53,349 bases of DNA. Source: Bacteroidales bacterium (GTDB lineage Bacteria > Bacteroidota > Bacteroidia > Bacteroidales > UBA1402). The notes below the pieces were generated by a model. The model ran no database searches. It saw nothing but the letters and a program-made list of their open reading frames with translations, and had not been told where the DNA came from. The DNA is taken from contig JAGDCW010000053.1 of NCBI GenBank assembly GCA_017958305.1, positions 1 to 53,349 of the forward strand, given 5' to 3'. A program made the translations under genes and the position numbers. Shown piece after piece: positions 35,174-49,670 of the stretch (the first letter of the stretch is position 1; each line of letters begins with the position of its first letter).

Positions 35174-35803
35174 ATGAAAACTCTCTGTTACAAATACGGC
35201 AAAATCGTCCTGCTGGTGTTGCTCTGTCTGCTGGCCCTGCGCCTGTCTTTCTACACAGAATCCCTGAGCGCCAGACAGGAGCGCGAAAAACTCAGCCAGT
35301 TCAGCCCCGGTCAGGAAGTCGATTACTATTGGGACAACTACCGCAGCAGCCTGCCCGGCCGGGCCTTGGATCTGTCGGCTTTCGTGGGCCGCTTCCGCCA
35401 GGACCCTCAGGCGCTGGCTGCCGAATGTGGCGGCACTCCCGGCATCGGTTTCAAGACATTCTTTCTGGTCAAGACGGAAACATCCGATTTCACCATGAGA
35501 GACGACTGTCTGGAACTCAGGGTGGAGGGCGTGAAGTGGCAGATACCCGAAAAAGTCTTCGGCAACCTGGCCAGGGACGCCTCGGGATGGTTCGACATCG
35601 AGCACTACCGCAACATGACCGAATACAACGAGGTCTCTTCCTATCTGAACGCTCTTATCATGCAGCATATCCAGCAGGTCGCCGACAGCAGCTTTGCCTC
35701 AGGCCGCTCCTGCCGGGTTTGCGGAGCCGTCGAGCTGGCCCTCGACCAGCCCCTTGCAGAGGCAGTCACATTAATTCCTTTCGAACTGGAATTCATCCCA
35801 TGA
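35174..35803 (+). CDS. DUF2291 (COG3489-like) membrane-anchored protein, accessory to the ABC importer
   Basis: N-terminal hydrophobic anchor (IVLLVLLCLLALRL). About 200 aa. The segment VFGNLARDASGWFDIEHYRNMTEYNEVSSYLN matches my memory of DUF2291. The position between the SBP and ATPase genes is typical for that family. Confidence 0.6.
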   Translation: MKTLCYKYGKIVLLVLLCLLALRLSFYTESLSARQEREKLSQFSPGQEVDYYWDNYRSSLPGRALDLSAFVGRFRQDPQALAAECGGTPGIGFKTFFLVKTETSDFTMRDDCLELRVEGVKWQIPEKVFGNLARDASGWFDIEHYRNMTEYNEVSSYLNALIMQHIQQVADSSFASGRSCRVCGAVELALDQPLAEAVTLIPFELEFIP

Positions 35804-35828
35804 TTTTTTCCCAAACCGCTTCCGAGAG

Positions 35829-37343
35829 ATGGACAAGATAATACTCGAGGCACAAGGCATCACCAAGCGTTTCCCGGGCGTGCTGGCCCTGGACAAGGTC
35901 GACCTGCGCATCTATGCCGGCGCCGTGCAGGCGCTGGTCGGTGAAAACGGAGCCGGAAAATCCACCCTGATGAACATCCTTTCCGGAGTCTATACCGACT
36001 ACGAGGGCAGCCTGTTGATGGACGGCCGGCCCTGCCGGCTCTCTTCGGCGCTGGAGGCCAGAGGGGCAGGAATAGCCATCATCCACCAGGAACTGAACCT
36101 GGTCCCCTACATGAGTGTTGCCGAAAACATCTTTTTGGGCCGCGAAGCAGTGAGCAGGAGCGGTCTGATCGACTACCGGTCCATGAGGCGCCAGGCCTCC
36201 CGACTGCTTTCCCAACTGAATTTCGACATCGACCCCGATACGCGGGTGGCCGATCTCAGGGTCGGACAGCAGCAACTAGTCGAAATAGCCAAAGCGCTGT
36301 CTCTGCAGGCAAGGGTGCTGATCATGGACGAACCCACATCCTCGCTGTCCGAAAAGGAAGTCCAGACCCTGTTCGAGATCATAGACCGCCTCAAGGCCCA
36401 AGGCACGGGCATCGTCTATATCACCCACAAAATGGACGAGATCAGCCGCCTGGCCGATTATGTGACGGTGCTGAGAGACGGCTGTCTCATCGGAGAACTG
36501 CCTGCCGCCCAACTCAATACCGACGACATCGTCCGCATGATGGTGGGGCGCGAACGCAGCCATTTCTTTGTCAAGCAGCCGCACCAGAAACAGGCCGTCA
36601 GGCTGCAGGTGGACCATCTCTCCCTGAAAGACGCGGCCCATCCGGGCAAATACATTTTGCGCGACATCTGTTTCTCGGTCAGTGCCGGAGAAGTCCTGGG
36701 CATCTACGGACTGATGGGCGCCGGCCGTACCGAACTGTTGGAAACCATCTTCGGCCTGCATCCCCAGCAAGCCGACTACACCATGTCGGTCGATGGGCGG
36801 GCCGTCCAGCCCCGTCACCCGCAGGAGGCGCTGGACAGCGGCATCGCCCTGATACCCGAAGACCGCAAACGCGACGGTCTGGTCCTGGATCTGGACATCA
36901 CAGAAAACATGACCCTTGCCTCACTGGACCGTTTCCTGCAACACGGGCTGTTGCAGCACAGCCGTGAGAACCGGACGGTCGACGACTATCGCGAGCGTCT
37001 GGCCATCAAGTCCTATTCGCGCACGCAACTGTGCGGACAGCTCAGCGGCGGCAACCAGCAGAAGGTGGTCATTGCCCGCAGCCTGCTCACCGGCCCCAAA
37101 GTCCTCTTGCTCGACGAGCCGACCCGGGGCATCGACATACAGGCCAAGAACGAAATCTACCAGCTCATCGACCGCTGGGCCGGACAGGGGATGGCCATTG
37201 TGCTGATATCCTCCGAACTGCCCGAGATCATGGCCGTTTCAGACCGTATATTGACACTTTCCGAGGGCCGGATCACAGCCGGGTTCCAGCGGGAGGAGTT
37301 TTCCGAAGAAACCATATTGAAAGGTGTTTTACCAAGAGAATAA
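35829..37343 (+). CDS. Sugar ABC transporter ATP-binding protein (RbsA-like, duplicated ATPase)
   Basis: Two nucleotide-binding domains. Walker A GENGAGKST and GLMGAGRTE, signatures LRVGQQQLVEIAKAL and LSGGNQQKVVIARSL, Walker B LIMDEPT and LLLDEPT. Confidence 0.93.
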   Translation: MDKIILEAQGITKRFPGVLALDKVDLRIYAGAVQALVGENGAGKSTLMNILSGVYTDYEGSLLMDGRPCRLSSALEARGAGIAIIHQELNLVPYMSVAENIFLGREAVSRSGLIDYRSMRRQASRLLSQLNFDIDPDTRVADLRVGQQQLVEIAKALSLQARVLIMDEPTSSLSEKEVQTLFEIIDRLKAQGTGIVYITHKMDEISRLADYVTVLRDGCLIGELPAAQLNTDDIVRMMVGRERSHFFVKQPHQKQAVRLQVDHLSLKDAAHPGKYILRDICFSVSAGEVLGIYGLMGAGRTELLETIFGLHPQQADYTMSVDGRAVQPRHPQEALDSGIALIPEDRKRDGLVLDLDITENMTLASLDRFLQHGLLQHSRENRTVDDYRERLAIKSYSRTQLCGQLSGGNQQKVVIARSLLTGPKVLLLDEPTRGIDIQAKNEIYQLIDRWAGQGMAIVLISSELPEIMAVSDRILTLSEGRITAGFQREEFSEETILKGVLPRE

Positions 37344-37346
37344 GCA

Positions 37347-38324
37347 ATGAAAACCAATATCAGAAAGTGGACCTCAAAGCCCGTTGTCAAGCCTCTGCTG
37401 GCGCTGATACTGATGGTCGTGGCCATGTCTTTTCTGTCGGAGAATTTCGCCACCTCCGACAACTTCTTCAATGTATTGCGGCAGGTCTCCGTCAATCTGT
37501 GCATCTCGGTCGGCATGACGATGGTCATCCTCACGGGCGGCATCGACCTGTCTGTGGGCTCTGTGCTGGCGCTGAGCGGCGCTGTGGCGGCAGGACTGGT
37601 GCGTGGAGGCATCAGCCTGCCCGGAGCCGACCTGTTTATCGGAGCCACTTTCTGGGGCGCCTGTCTGGCCGCTCTGGCCGTCGGTGCCGGTCTGGGAGCC
37701 TTCAATGGCCTGATGATCACCCGCTTCAAGGTGCCTCCCTTTGTGGCCACCCTGGGCATGCTCACCATTGCCCGCGGTCTGACCATGCTCTACACAGGAG
37801 GCTTCCCCATCACGGGGCTGGGCTCTTCCTTCGAGTTTCTGGGCACCGGCTGGCTGGCAGGCATACCCATGCCCGTCTGGCTGGCATTCCTCATCATCCT
37901 TGCCTTCGCCTTCTACATGAAGAAGAGCAAGACAGGCCGCTACATCTACGCCATCGGCGGCAACGAGCGGGCCTCTCTGCTGTCGGGCATCCGTGTGGAT
38001 CGTGTGAAACTCTGGGTCTATACGCTGGCCGGTCTGCTCTCGGCTGTGGCCGGTTTGCTGGTCACCGCCCGCCTGGATTCGGCCCAGCCCAATGGCGGAA
38101 GCGGCTACGAACTGGATTCCATCGCCGCCGTCGTCATCGGCGGCACCTCGCTGAGCGGCGGTCGCGGCTCGATATGGGGCACCGTCGTGGGAGCCCTCAT
38201 CATCGGCGTGCTCAACAACGGACTGGTCCTGCTCAATGTCTCGCCCTTCTGGCAGCAGGTAGTCAAAGGACTGGTCATCCTTGGCGCCGTCGTCATGGAC
38301 AAGTACAGCACCAAAACCAACTGA
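37347..38324 (+). CDS. Sugar ABC transporter permease (RbsC-like)
   Basis: About 10 TM segments. GGIDLSVGSV, PFVATLGML and IAAVVIGGTSLSGGRGS motifs are typical of BPD_transp_2. Confidence 0.9.
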   Translation: MKTNIRKWTSKPVVKPLLALILMVVAMSFLSENFATSDNFFNVLRQVSVNLCISVGMTMVILTGGIDLSVGSVLALSGAVAAGLVRGGISLPGADLFIGATFWGACLAALAVGAGLGAFNGLMITRFKVPPFVATLGMLTIARGLTMLYTGGFPITGLGSSFEFLGTGWLAGIPMPVWLAFLIILAFAFYMKKSKTGRYIYAIGGNERASLLSGIRVDRVKLWVYTLAGLLSAVAGLLVTARLDSAQPNGGSGYELDSIAAVVIGGTSLSGGRGSIWGTVVGALIIGVLNNGLVLLNVSPFWQQVVKGLVILGAVVMDKYSTKTN

Positions 38325-38361
38325 CCCTCTGCGGCCGATGGCCGATGCCGAACGGCCCCTG

Positions 38362-41669
<3,308 letters not shown>

Positions 41670-41687
41670 ACTTGGCCAAGGGCTGTA

Positions 41688-43157
41688 TTATCCTTCGTAA
41701 ACGATGGGTTTGTATTTGGGAACCAGGCTCTTCATGATGCTCCAGGCGATGAGGTAGGCCACACCGCAGAAGCAGAACATGATGAAATAGCCGGCCGGCT
41801 TGCCTTCGAAACCGAGGAAGGTGAAGGCCGAACCCATTTCTTCGGCATGGGTGAAGAGCTTGCCTGCCACATACTGGATAATCATCGAGCCGATACCGCC
41901 GGCCATGGCACCGATACCGGTGATGGTGGCGATGGTGCTCTTGGGGAACATGTCACCCGTGGTGGAGAAGATGTTGGCGCTCCATGCCTGGTGTCCGGCT
42001 CCGGCCAGACCGATCAGGATGGCGGGCCACCAGGGGCTGTTGAAGTGAACTCCCAGGGGCTGGGCCAGCAGGGCGCAGAGCGGGAAGAAGGCGAAAATCA
42101 GCATCGACAGCATACGGCCGGCATACGGATTCATGCCTTTCTTGTCAACAAAGATCTTGGGCAGGTAGCCACCGAAAATGGAGATGACCGTCACAATGGC
42201 ATAGAGCGTGAAGATCAAGCCCTGGCCCAAGCCGGAAGTGGCGGGCGCATGGAACTGGTTGCTGAAGTAGGAAGGCGCCCAGAACAGGAAGAACCACCAT
42301 ACACCGTCGGTGAAGAACTTGCCCACGATGAACGACCAGGTCTGCTTGTAGCCGAAGCACTTGATGAAGGGGATGGTCTTCTGCTCGGCGATGGCGGCCT
42401 TTTCGGCAGCCTCGGCGGCATCGTCCTGATGAATGTATTCCAACTCACCTTCGTTGACGTGTTTGCTCTTTTCGGGCTGGTCGTACATGAAGGTCCAGAA
42501 GAACATCCAGATGAAGCCCAGACCGCCGATGATGATGAATGCCATTTCCCAGCCGAACTTGACAGCCAGCGGCGGAATGCAGAGCGGAGCGGCCAGGGCA
42601 CCGACCGAAGCACCGGCATTGAAGATCGAGGTGGCGAAAGCACGGTCCTTCTTGGGGAAGTATTCGGCCGTCACCTTGATGGCTGCGGGGAAGTTGCCAG
42701 CTTCACCAAGCGCTAGGATGCCCCGGCAAAGCAGGAAGAGATAGACACTGGTGGTCGAGATGGCCAGGGCTACATTGCTGCCGGTCTCTACGGCGCGTAG
42801 GGCGGCGACGCTGTCGATGCCGCCGACCAGGTGGGCGGTGGCCCAGCCGCAGGCAGCATGCAGGCAGGCACCGGCCGACCAGACACCGATGGCAATCAGA
42901 TAGCCTTTCTTGGTGCCCATCCAATCGACAAACTTGCCGGCAAACAGGCATGCGATGGCATAGAAGATGGAGAAGAAGCTGGTAATGACGCCATAGTCGG
43001 CCTCTGTCCAGTGAAACTCGGGTTTGATGAACTCCTCGTAGGTGAGGGAGAGCACCTGACGGTCCAGGTAGTTGACGGTCGTGGCCACAAACAGCAGCGA
43101 ACACATCCACCAACGCCAGTTGGACATCAGTTTCTGAGTGGTAGTTAACTGTGACAT
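41688..43157 (-). CDS. exuT: MFS transporter, hexuronate (ExuT)-like
   Basis: WWMCSLLFVATTVNYLDRQVLS N-terminus, 12 predicted TM segments, and a position downstream of uxaC-kdgK-eda. Confidence 0.82.
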   Translation of the reverse strand: MSQLTTTQKLMSNWRWWMCSLLFVATTVNYLDRQVLSLTYEEFIKPEFHWTEADYGVITSFFSIFYAIACLFAGKFVDWMGTKKGYLIAIGVWSAGACLHAACGWATAHLVGGIDSVAALRAVETGSNVALAISTTSVYLFLLCRGILALGEAGNFPAAIKVTAEYFPKKDRAFATSIFNAGASVGALAAPLCIPPLAVKFGWEMAFIIIGGLGFIWMFFWTFMYDQPEKSKHVNEGELEYIHQDDAAEAAEKAAIAEQKTIPFIKCFGYKQTWSFIVGKFFTDGVWWFFLFWAPSYFSNQFHAPATSGLGQGLIFTLYAIVTVISIFGGYLPKIFVDKKGMNPYAGRMLSMLIFAFFPLCALLAQPLGVHFNSPWWPAILIGLAGAGHQAWSANIFSTTGDMFPKSTIATITGIGAMAGGIGSMIIQYVAGKLFTHAEEMGSAFTFLGFEGKPAGYFIMFCFCGVAYLIAWSIMKSLVPKYKPIVYEG

Positions 43158-43197
43158 AGTTAATTAATTAGTTATTGATAAATGATTGAATAGACTT

Positions 43198-43866
43198 TTA
43201 ACGGGCGGCCTGGATGTAGCCCAGGGCCTCGCGGCACTTGTCGCTGATGGCCTTCCAGTTCTTTTCGGCGATGACTTCCTTGGGGAAGAGCTTGCTGCCC
43301 ATGCCCACAGCCGTCACGCCGGCCTTGAACCAGGCGCTGAGGTTCTCCTCGGTGGGTTCGACGGCGCCGGTCACCATGATCATCGACCAGGGCATCGGAG
43401 CCTTGACGTTCTTGACAAAGGACGGACCGCCCACGTTGCCTGCCGGAAATACTTTCGTCAGGTCGCAGCCTGCCTCCTGGGCAAAACCGATCTCGCTGAC
43501 ACTGCCGCAGCCCGGCGAGTAGGGCACCAGCCGGCGGTTGCAGACCTTGGCCACTTCGGGGTTGAACAGCGGGCCCACCACGAAATTGGCGCCCAGCTGC
43601 AGATACATTGCAGCCGTGCCGGCATCGACAATCGAACCGATACCCATGATCATGTCGGGACACTCCTTGGCGGCAAACTTCACCAGGTCGCTGAAGACTT
43701 CCTGGGCGAAATCGCCGCGGTTGGTAAACTCAAAAGCGCGCACACCGCCTTCGTAACAGGCTTTGACCACCTGACGGGCCACTTCGGTGTCCTTGTGATA
43801 GAACACAGGTATCATACCCGTCGCGCTGATGGTATTGAGTACCTGCAATTTGGTAAATCTTGCCAT
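43198..43866 (-). CDS. eda: KDPG / 4-hydroxy-2-oxoglutarate aldolase
   Basis: [16 protein letters not shown] and the Schiff-base-Lys segment [13 protein letters not shown]. Confidence 0.9.
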   Translation of the reverse strand: MARFTKLQVLNTISATGMIPVFYHKDTEVARQVVKACYEGGVRAFEFTNRGDFAQEVFSDLVKFAAKECPDMIMGIGSIVDAGTAAMYLQLGANFVVGPLFNPEVAKVCNRRLVPYSPGCGSVSEIGFAQEAGCDLTKVFPAGNVGGPSFVKNVKAPMPWSMIMVTGAVEPTEENLSAWFKAGVTAVGMGSKLFPKEVIAEKNWKAISDKCREALGYIQAAR

Positions 43867-43877
43867 AATCTGATTCT

Positions 43878-44921
43878 TTAACGGGAAACACGTCCGGAGG
43901 CGTCTCCGCCCATGAGTTTTTCGACTTCCTCTACGCTGACCATGTTGAAGTCGCCATAGATGGTGTGCTTCAGACAGGAAGCGGCCACGGCGAATTCCAG
44001 GGCCTTCTGGTCGTCCTCGGGCCAGGTGAGCAGGCCGTAGATGAGACCGCCCATGAAGGAGTCGCCGCCGCCGACACGATCGACGATGTGAGTGATGTCG
44101 TAGCGTTTGGACTCATAGAGCTTGCCATTGGAATAGAGCACGCCGCCCCAGGTGTTGTGGTTGGCGTTGATGCTGCCGCGGAGGGTGATGATCACCTTCC
44201 CGGCCCGCGGGAAACGTTTCATGAGCTGGGTGCAGACCGATTCGAACTGGGCCTGTTTGACCTGGCCGCCCGTCTGAGCCACATCGAAGCCTTCGGGCTT
44301 GATGCCGAACACCTTTTCGGCGTCCTCCTCGTTGCCCAGGATCACGTCGCAGCATTCGACCAGGGCGGGCATCACTTCGGAGGCTTTCTTGCCGTATTTC
44401 CAGAGGTTCTTGCGGTAGTTCAGGTCGCAGGAGACGGTGATGCCTTTGCGGTTGCAGGCCTTGACGGCCTCCAGGCAGACATCGGCGGCACCCTGGGAGA
44501 TGGCCGGGGTGATGCCCGTCCAATGGAACCAATCGACGCCTTCAAGCACCTTGTCCCAGTCGATCATGCCGGCCTTGATGGTGGCGATCGACGAATTGGC
44601 GCGGTCGTAGATGACCTTGCTGGCGCGCGAGACGGCGCCCGTCTCCAGGAAATAGATGCCCAGGCGGTCGCCGCCATAGACTATCTTGCCGGTGCCCACA
44701 CCGTATTTGCGCAGGTCCATGACACAGGCCCGGGCGATGTCGTTTTCCGGCAGGCGGGTCACAAAGTCAACGTCGATGCCGTAGTTGGCCAGCGACACGG
44801 CCACATTGGCCTCGCCGCCGCCGAAAGTGGCGGTATAGGAATCAGTCTGCGTGAAACGCAGGTAGCCGGGGGTTGCCAGACGCAACATGATTTCCCCGAA
44901 AGTGACTACTTTCTTGCTCAT
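43878..44921 (-). CDS. kdgK: 2-dehydro-3-deoxygluconokinase (PfkB family)
   Basis: [23 protein letters not shown] and the PfkB signature [17 protein letters not shown]. Confidence 0.9.
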   Translation of the reverse strand: MSKKVVTFGEIMLRLATPGYLRFTQTDSYTATFGGGEANVAVSLANYGIDVDFVTRLPENDIARACVMDLRKYGVGTGKIVYGGDRLGIYFLETGAVSRASKVIYDRANSSIATIKAGMIDWDKVLEGVDWFHWTGITPAISQGAADVCLEAVKACNRKGITVSCDLNYRKNLWKYGKKASEVMPALVECCDVILGNEEDAEKVFGIKPEGFDVAQTGGQVKQAQFESVCTQLMKRFPRAGKVIITLRGSINANHNTWGGVLYSNGKLYESKRYDITHIVDRVGGGDSFMGGLIYGLLTWPEDDQKALEFAVAASCLKHTIYGDFNMVSVEEVEKLMGGDASGRVSR

Positions 44922-44923
44922 TT

Positions 44924-46330
44924 TTAGAATTTAAAGAAGGTCTTGGCATTGTAGTAGGAGATGCCTTCCACCATCTTGCCGATGAAGTCCATCTCGCTGG
45001 CGGGAATCTCGCCGTTGACCACGTCGGTGCCGATCAGGTTGCACATGATGCGGCGGAAATACTCGTGACGCGGGTAGGAGAGGAAGCTGCGCGAGTCGGT
45101 GAGCATGCCTACGAAGCGGCTCAGCAGGCCCAGGACGGACAGCGAGTTCATCTGGGCGGTCATGCCGTATTTCTGGTCGAGGAACCACCAGCCCGAACCA
45201 AACTGGATCTTGCCGGCCACCGAACCGTCCTGGAAGTTGCCCAGCATGGTGGTGATCAGGTCGTTGTCGCGCGGGTTGAGGTTGTAGAGGATGGTCTTGG
45301 CCAGTTGGTTGGTCTTGTCCAGGCGGTTGAGGAACTTCGACATGTTCTTGGCCACCGTGAAGTCGCCGATCGAGTCGAAACCGGTGTCCGGACCCAGCTG
45401 GGCGAACAGACGGTCGTTGTTGTTGCGGATGGCGCCGTAGTGGAACTGCTGTGTCCAGCCGCTGCGGGCATCCATGACGGCGAACTCGTACATCATGGCC
45501 GACTTGAACTTGAGGATTTCTTCCTTGGTCAGGGCCTTGCCGCCATAGACTTTGTTGAAGATGGCGTCGATCTCGGCCTGGGTGTAGTCTTCGGCATAGA
45601 ACTCCTCGATGCCGTGGTCGCTCAGACGGCAGCCAACCGATTCGAAGAAGTCGTGGCGCTTCTGCAGGGCGGCGATGACATCGGCAAAACGGCTGATGCT
45701 GACACCCGATACATCGGACAGCTTTTCAATATAGGCGCGGAAATCGGCCGGTACCTCGACAGCCATGGCCTTGTCGGGACGCCAGGTGGGCAGCACCTTG
45801 ATCTCGAAGCCTTCCTTCTTGAGCTGGATGTGGTATTCGAGGCTGTCCACGGGATCGTCGGTGGTGCAGACGGTCTCCACTTTGTATTTGCGCATCAGGC
45901 CGCGGGCGCTGTATTCGGGCGTGCGCAGCTTGGCGGTGCATTCGTCGAAGATCTCGCGGGCCGTTTCGGGCTTGAGGATCTTGGTCACGCCGAAGCAGGT
46001 CTTCAATTCAAGATGGGTCCAGTGATAGAGCGGGTTGCGCATGGTGTAGGGGACGGTCTCCGCCCACTTTTCGAACTTCTCCCAGTCGGTAGTGTCCTTG
46101 CCCGTGCAATAGCGTTCGTCCACGCCGTTGGTACGCATGGCGCGCCATTTGTAGTGGTCGCCTTCGAGCCAGATCTGGCCCAGGTTGTCGAACTTGCGGT
46201 CCTTGGCAATGAACTCGGGGTTCAGATGGCAGTGGTAGTCGATAATCGGGAGATTCTTGGCGTGCTGGTGGAATAATTCCTGCGAAACTTCATTGTCGAG
46301 CATGAAGTTCTCGTCCATAAACTGTTTCAT
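44924..46330 (-). CDS. uxaC: Glucuronate isomerase
   Basis: FMDENFMLDNEVSQELFH..LPIIDYHCHL N-terminus and the conserved WWFLDQKYGM region. Confidence 0.95.
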   Translation of the reverse strand: MKQFMDENFMLDNEVSQELFHQHAKNLPIIDYHCHLNPEFIAKDRKFDNLGQIWLEGDHYKWRAMRTNGVDERYCTGKDTTDWEKFEKWAETVPYTMRNPLYHWTHLELKTCFGVTKILKPETAREIFDECTAKLRTPEYSARGLMRKYKVETVCTTDDPVDSLEYHIQLKKEGFEIKVLPTWRPDKAMAVEVPADFRAYIEKLSDVSGVSISRFADVIAALQKRHDFFESVGCRLSDHGIEEFYAEDYTQAEIDAIFNKVYGGKALTKEEILKFKSAMMYEFAVMDARSGWTQQFHYGAIRNNNDRLFAQLGPDTGFDSIGDFTVAKNMSKFLNRLDKTNQLAKTILYNLNPRDNDLITTMLGNFQDGSVAGKIQFGSGWWFLDQKYGMTAQMNSLSVLGLLSRFVGMLTDSRSFLSYPRHEYFRRIMCNLIGTDVVNGEIPASEMDFIGKMVEGISYYNAKTFFKF

Positions 46331-46498
46331 CTTGAAGATAGTATTTTAATGGTTAGACAATTTCCTCTCGAAGTGTGCCGTATGCGGGCGTACCCGTATT
46401 GAGCCCGTAAAAATAGGGAATAATTTCGTAAAATGAAAAAGAAAAAGTCTTTGGGCGTTTTTTATGCCTCCCCTGATGGATTATTGAACAGGGTTTGC

Positions 46499-46506
46499 TA
46501 TTTTTG
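46499..46506 (+). promoter_or_regulatory. -7 box TATTTTTG for glnS
   Basis: Exact TAnnTTTG, 44 nt upstream of the ATG at 46550. Confidence 0.5.
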
Positions 46507-46549
46507 CAGATTAAATCACAAACGGCGACACTATAACAATCTGAACCTT

Positions 46550-48298
<1,749 letters not shown>

Positions 48299-48316
48299 AC
48301 CACCAGGGACCAGGTC

Positions 48317-49669
48317 ATGAAGTCGTGGAACAAATCTCATGAGGAGGAACTGCTGCAGCGATTCGAAGCGGGTCGCTCGGATGGGAAGTCCGTGTATTTC
48401 GACCTGGAGGAATACGAGCAGATCATCGACCATTACATCCTCAGGGAAGAGTTCGACATGGCCGAGAAAGCCCTCGAGGCCGCCCGCTCGATCCACCGCG
48501 ACAGTGACACGCTGCGCCTGAAAGCGGCCCGTATCTGCCTTTGCCGCAAACGTCCCGAGGAGGCCCTGTCGCTGTTGGGACGGCAAAACGACGAGGAAGC
48601 CGGCATTCTGCGCGGTGCCGCCTGGCTTCAGCAGGGCCTGCGCGACAAAGCCTTCCATCTGTTTGAGGACATCATCGGCCAGGCCACGGTCGATAAGGAA
48701 TACACCCTGCTCGACATCGCCGAGCAGCTGGCCTATTACCATTACTACCGCGAAGCGCTCGAGAAACTCGAGGCGGCCTGGCAGATCAATGCCCGCATCA
48801 CCGATATCTACGACCTGGCCGTCGACTGCTGCGAGCAGTTGCAGGACATGGAGGGTTGCATCCGCTTTTATCAGCGCGAACTGGACGCCTTCCCCTACGA
48901 TTCTTCCGTCTGGGCCAGCCTGGCCGAGCTGCATTTCCGGCTCAAGCACATGGAGGAGGGGATCGAGGCCATGGAATTCGCCCTGGCTTCGTCCCGCTCT
49001 TACAATCCGCTTTGGGCCGAGGAGTTGGGACAGGCCTATACCGAGCTGCCCGACTACGAGCAGGCCCTGAAGCACTACACCGCCGCCCACCAGGCGATGC
49101 TTGAGCAGTATGGCGAGGAAGACAGCAACCTTTTGGGCGAGATCGGCGAATGCCACGAGAAACTGGGCCGTTTTGACGAGGCCCTCGACTGGTACCATCG
49201 CTGCCTGAAGGTCAATCCCAACGATGACGACGCCTACGTGGGCATCGGCGTGTGCCTGGCTGCCAAGCAGCAATATCAGGAGAGCCTGCAATCCTACGAA
49301 CAGGCCCTCCGCCTGAATCCCGGCAACGAAGATGTCTGGGCCTGCCTGGGCGAACTCTTCACAGTGACGGAAAACTACGACCAGGCCATAGAATCCTACC
49401 GGTTGGCCCTGGACGTCGATCCCGAACAACCCGATATCTGGTTTACGCTGGGCAACCTGCTCTTCACCCAGGACGAATTCGCCTCGGCCCTGCAAGCCTA
49501 CGAGGAGGCCATCAGGCGCCAACCCGAAATGGAGAATCTCTATCTGTTTGCCGCCCTCACCTGCCGCATCCTCGGCCTGGACGAGCAAACCGAAAAATAT
49601 CTGGCCGAGGCCGAACGTCAGGACCCGGATGCCAGAAAAACCTTTGAATCCATCCTTAAAGAATCATGA
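48317..49669 (+). CDS. Tetratricopeptide-repeat protein
   Basis: Repeated 34-aa TPR patterns, e.g. YVGIGVCLAAKQQYQESLQSYEQALRLNPGNEDVW and WFTLGNLLFTQDEFASALQAYEEAIRRQP. Confidence 0.8.
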   Translation: MKSWNKSHEEELLQRFEAGRSDGKSVYFDLEEYEQIIDHYILREEFDMAEKALEAARSIHRDSDTLRLKAARICLCRKRPEEALSLLGRQNDEEAGILRGAAWLQQGLRDKAFHLFEDIIGQATVDKEYTLLDIAEQLAYYHYYREALEKLEAAWQINARITDIYDLAVDCCEQLQDMEGCIRFYQRELDAFPYDSSVWASLAELHFRLKHMEEGIEAMEFALASSRSYNPLWAEELGQAYTELPDYEQALKHYTAAHQAMLEQYGEEDSNLLGEIGECHEKLGRFDEALDWYHRCLKVNPNDDDAYVGIGVCLAAKQQYQESLQSYEQALRLNPGNEDVWACLGELFTVTENYDQAIESYRLALDVDPEQPDIWFTLGNLLFTQDEFASALQAYEEAIRRQPEMENLYLFAALTCRILGLDEQTEKYLAEAERQDPDARKTFESILKES

Positions 49670-49670
49670 A

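Noticed and set aside
32738-35668. Minus-strand ORFs of 485 aa (32738-34195) and 474 aa (34244-35668) inside the sugar operon.
   Set aside because: They are antisense to the isomerase-like, binding-protein and DUF2291 genes, and have the same compositional signature.
46433-46549. An in-frame N-terminal extension of glnS (MKKKKSLGVF...). Similar extensions occur for nadE (21867-22070), aroE (49548-49670), the permease (6257-6337), tonB (16105-16176) and adaptor 3 (5107-5133).
   Set aside because: The extensions have no family-like sequence, overlap promoters or upstream genes, and homolog-like N-termini begin at the internal Met. I used the shorter starts.
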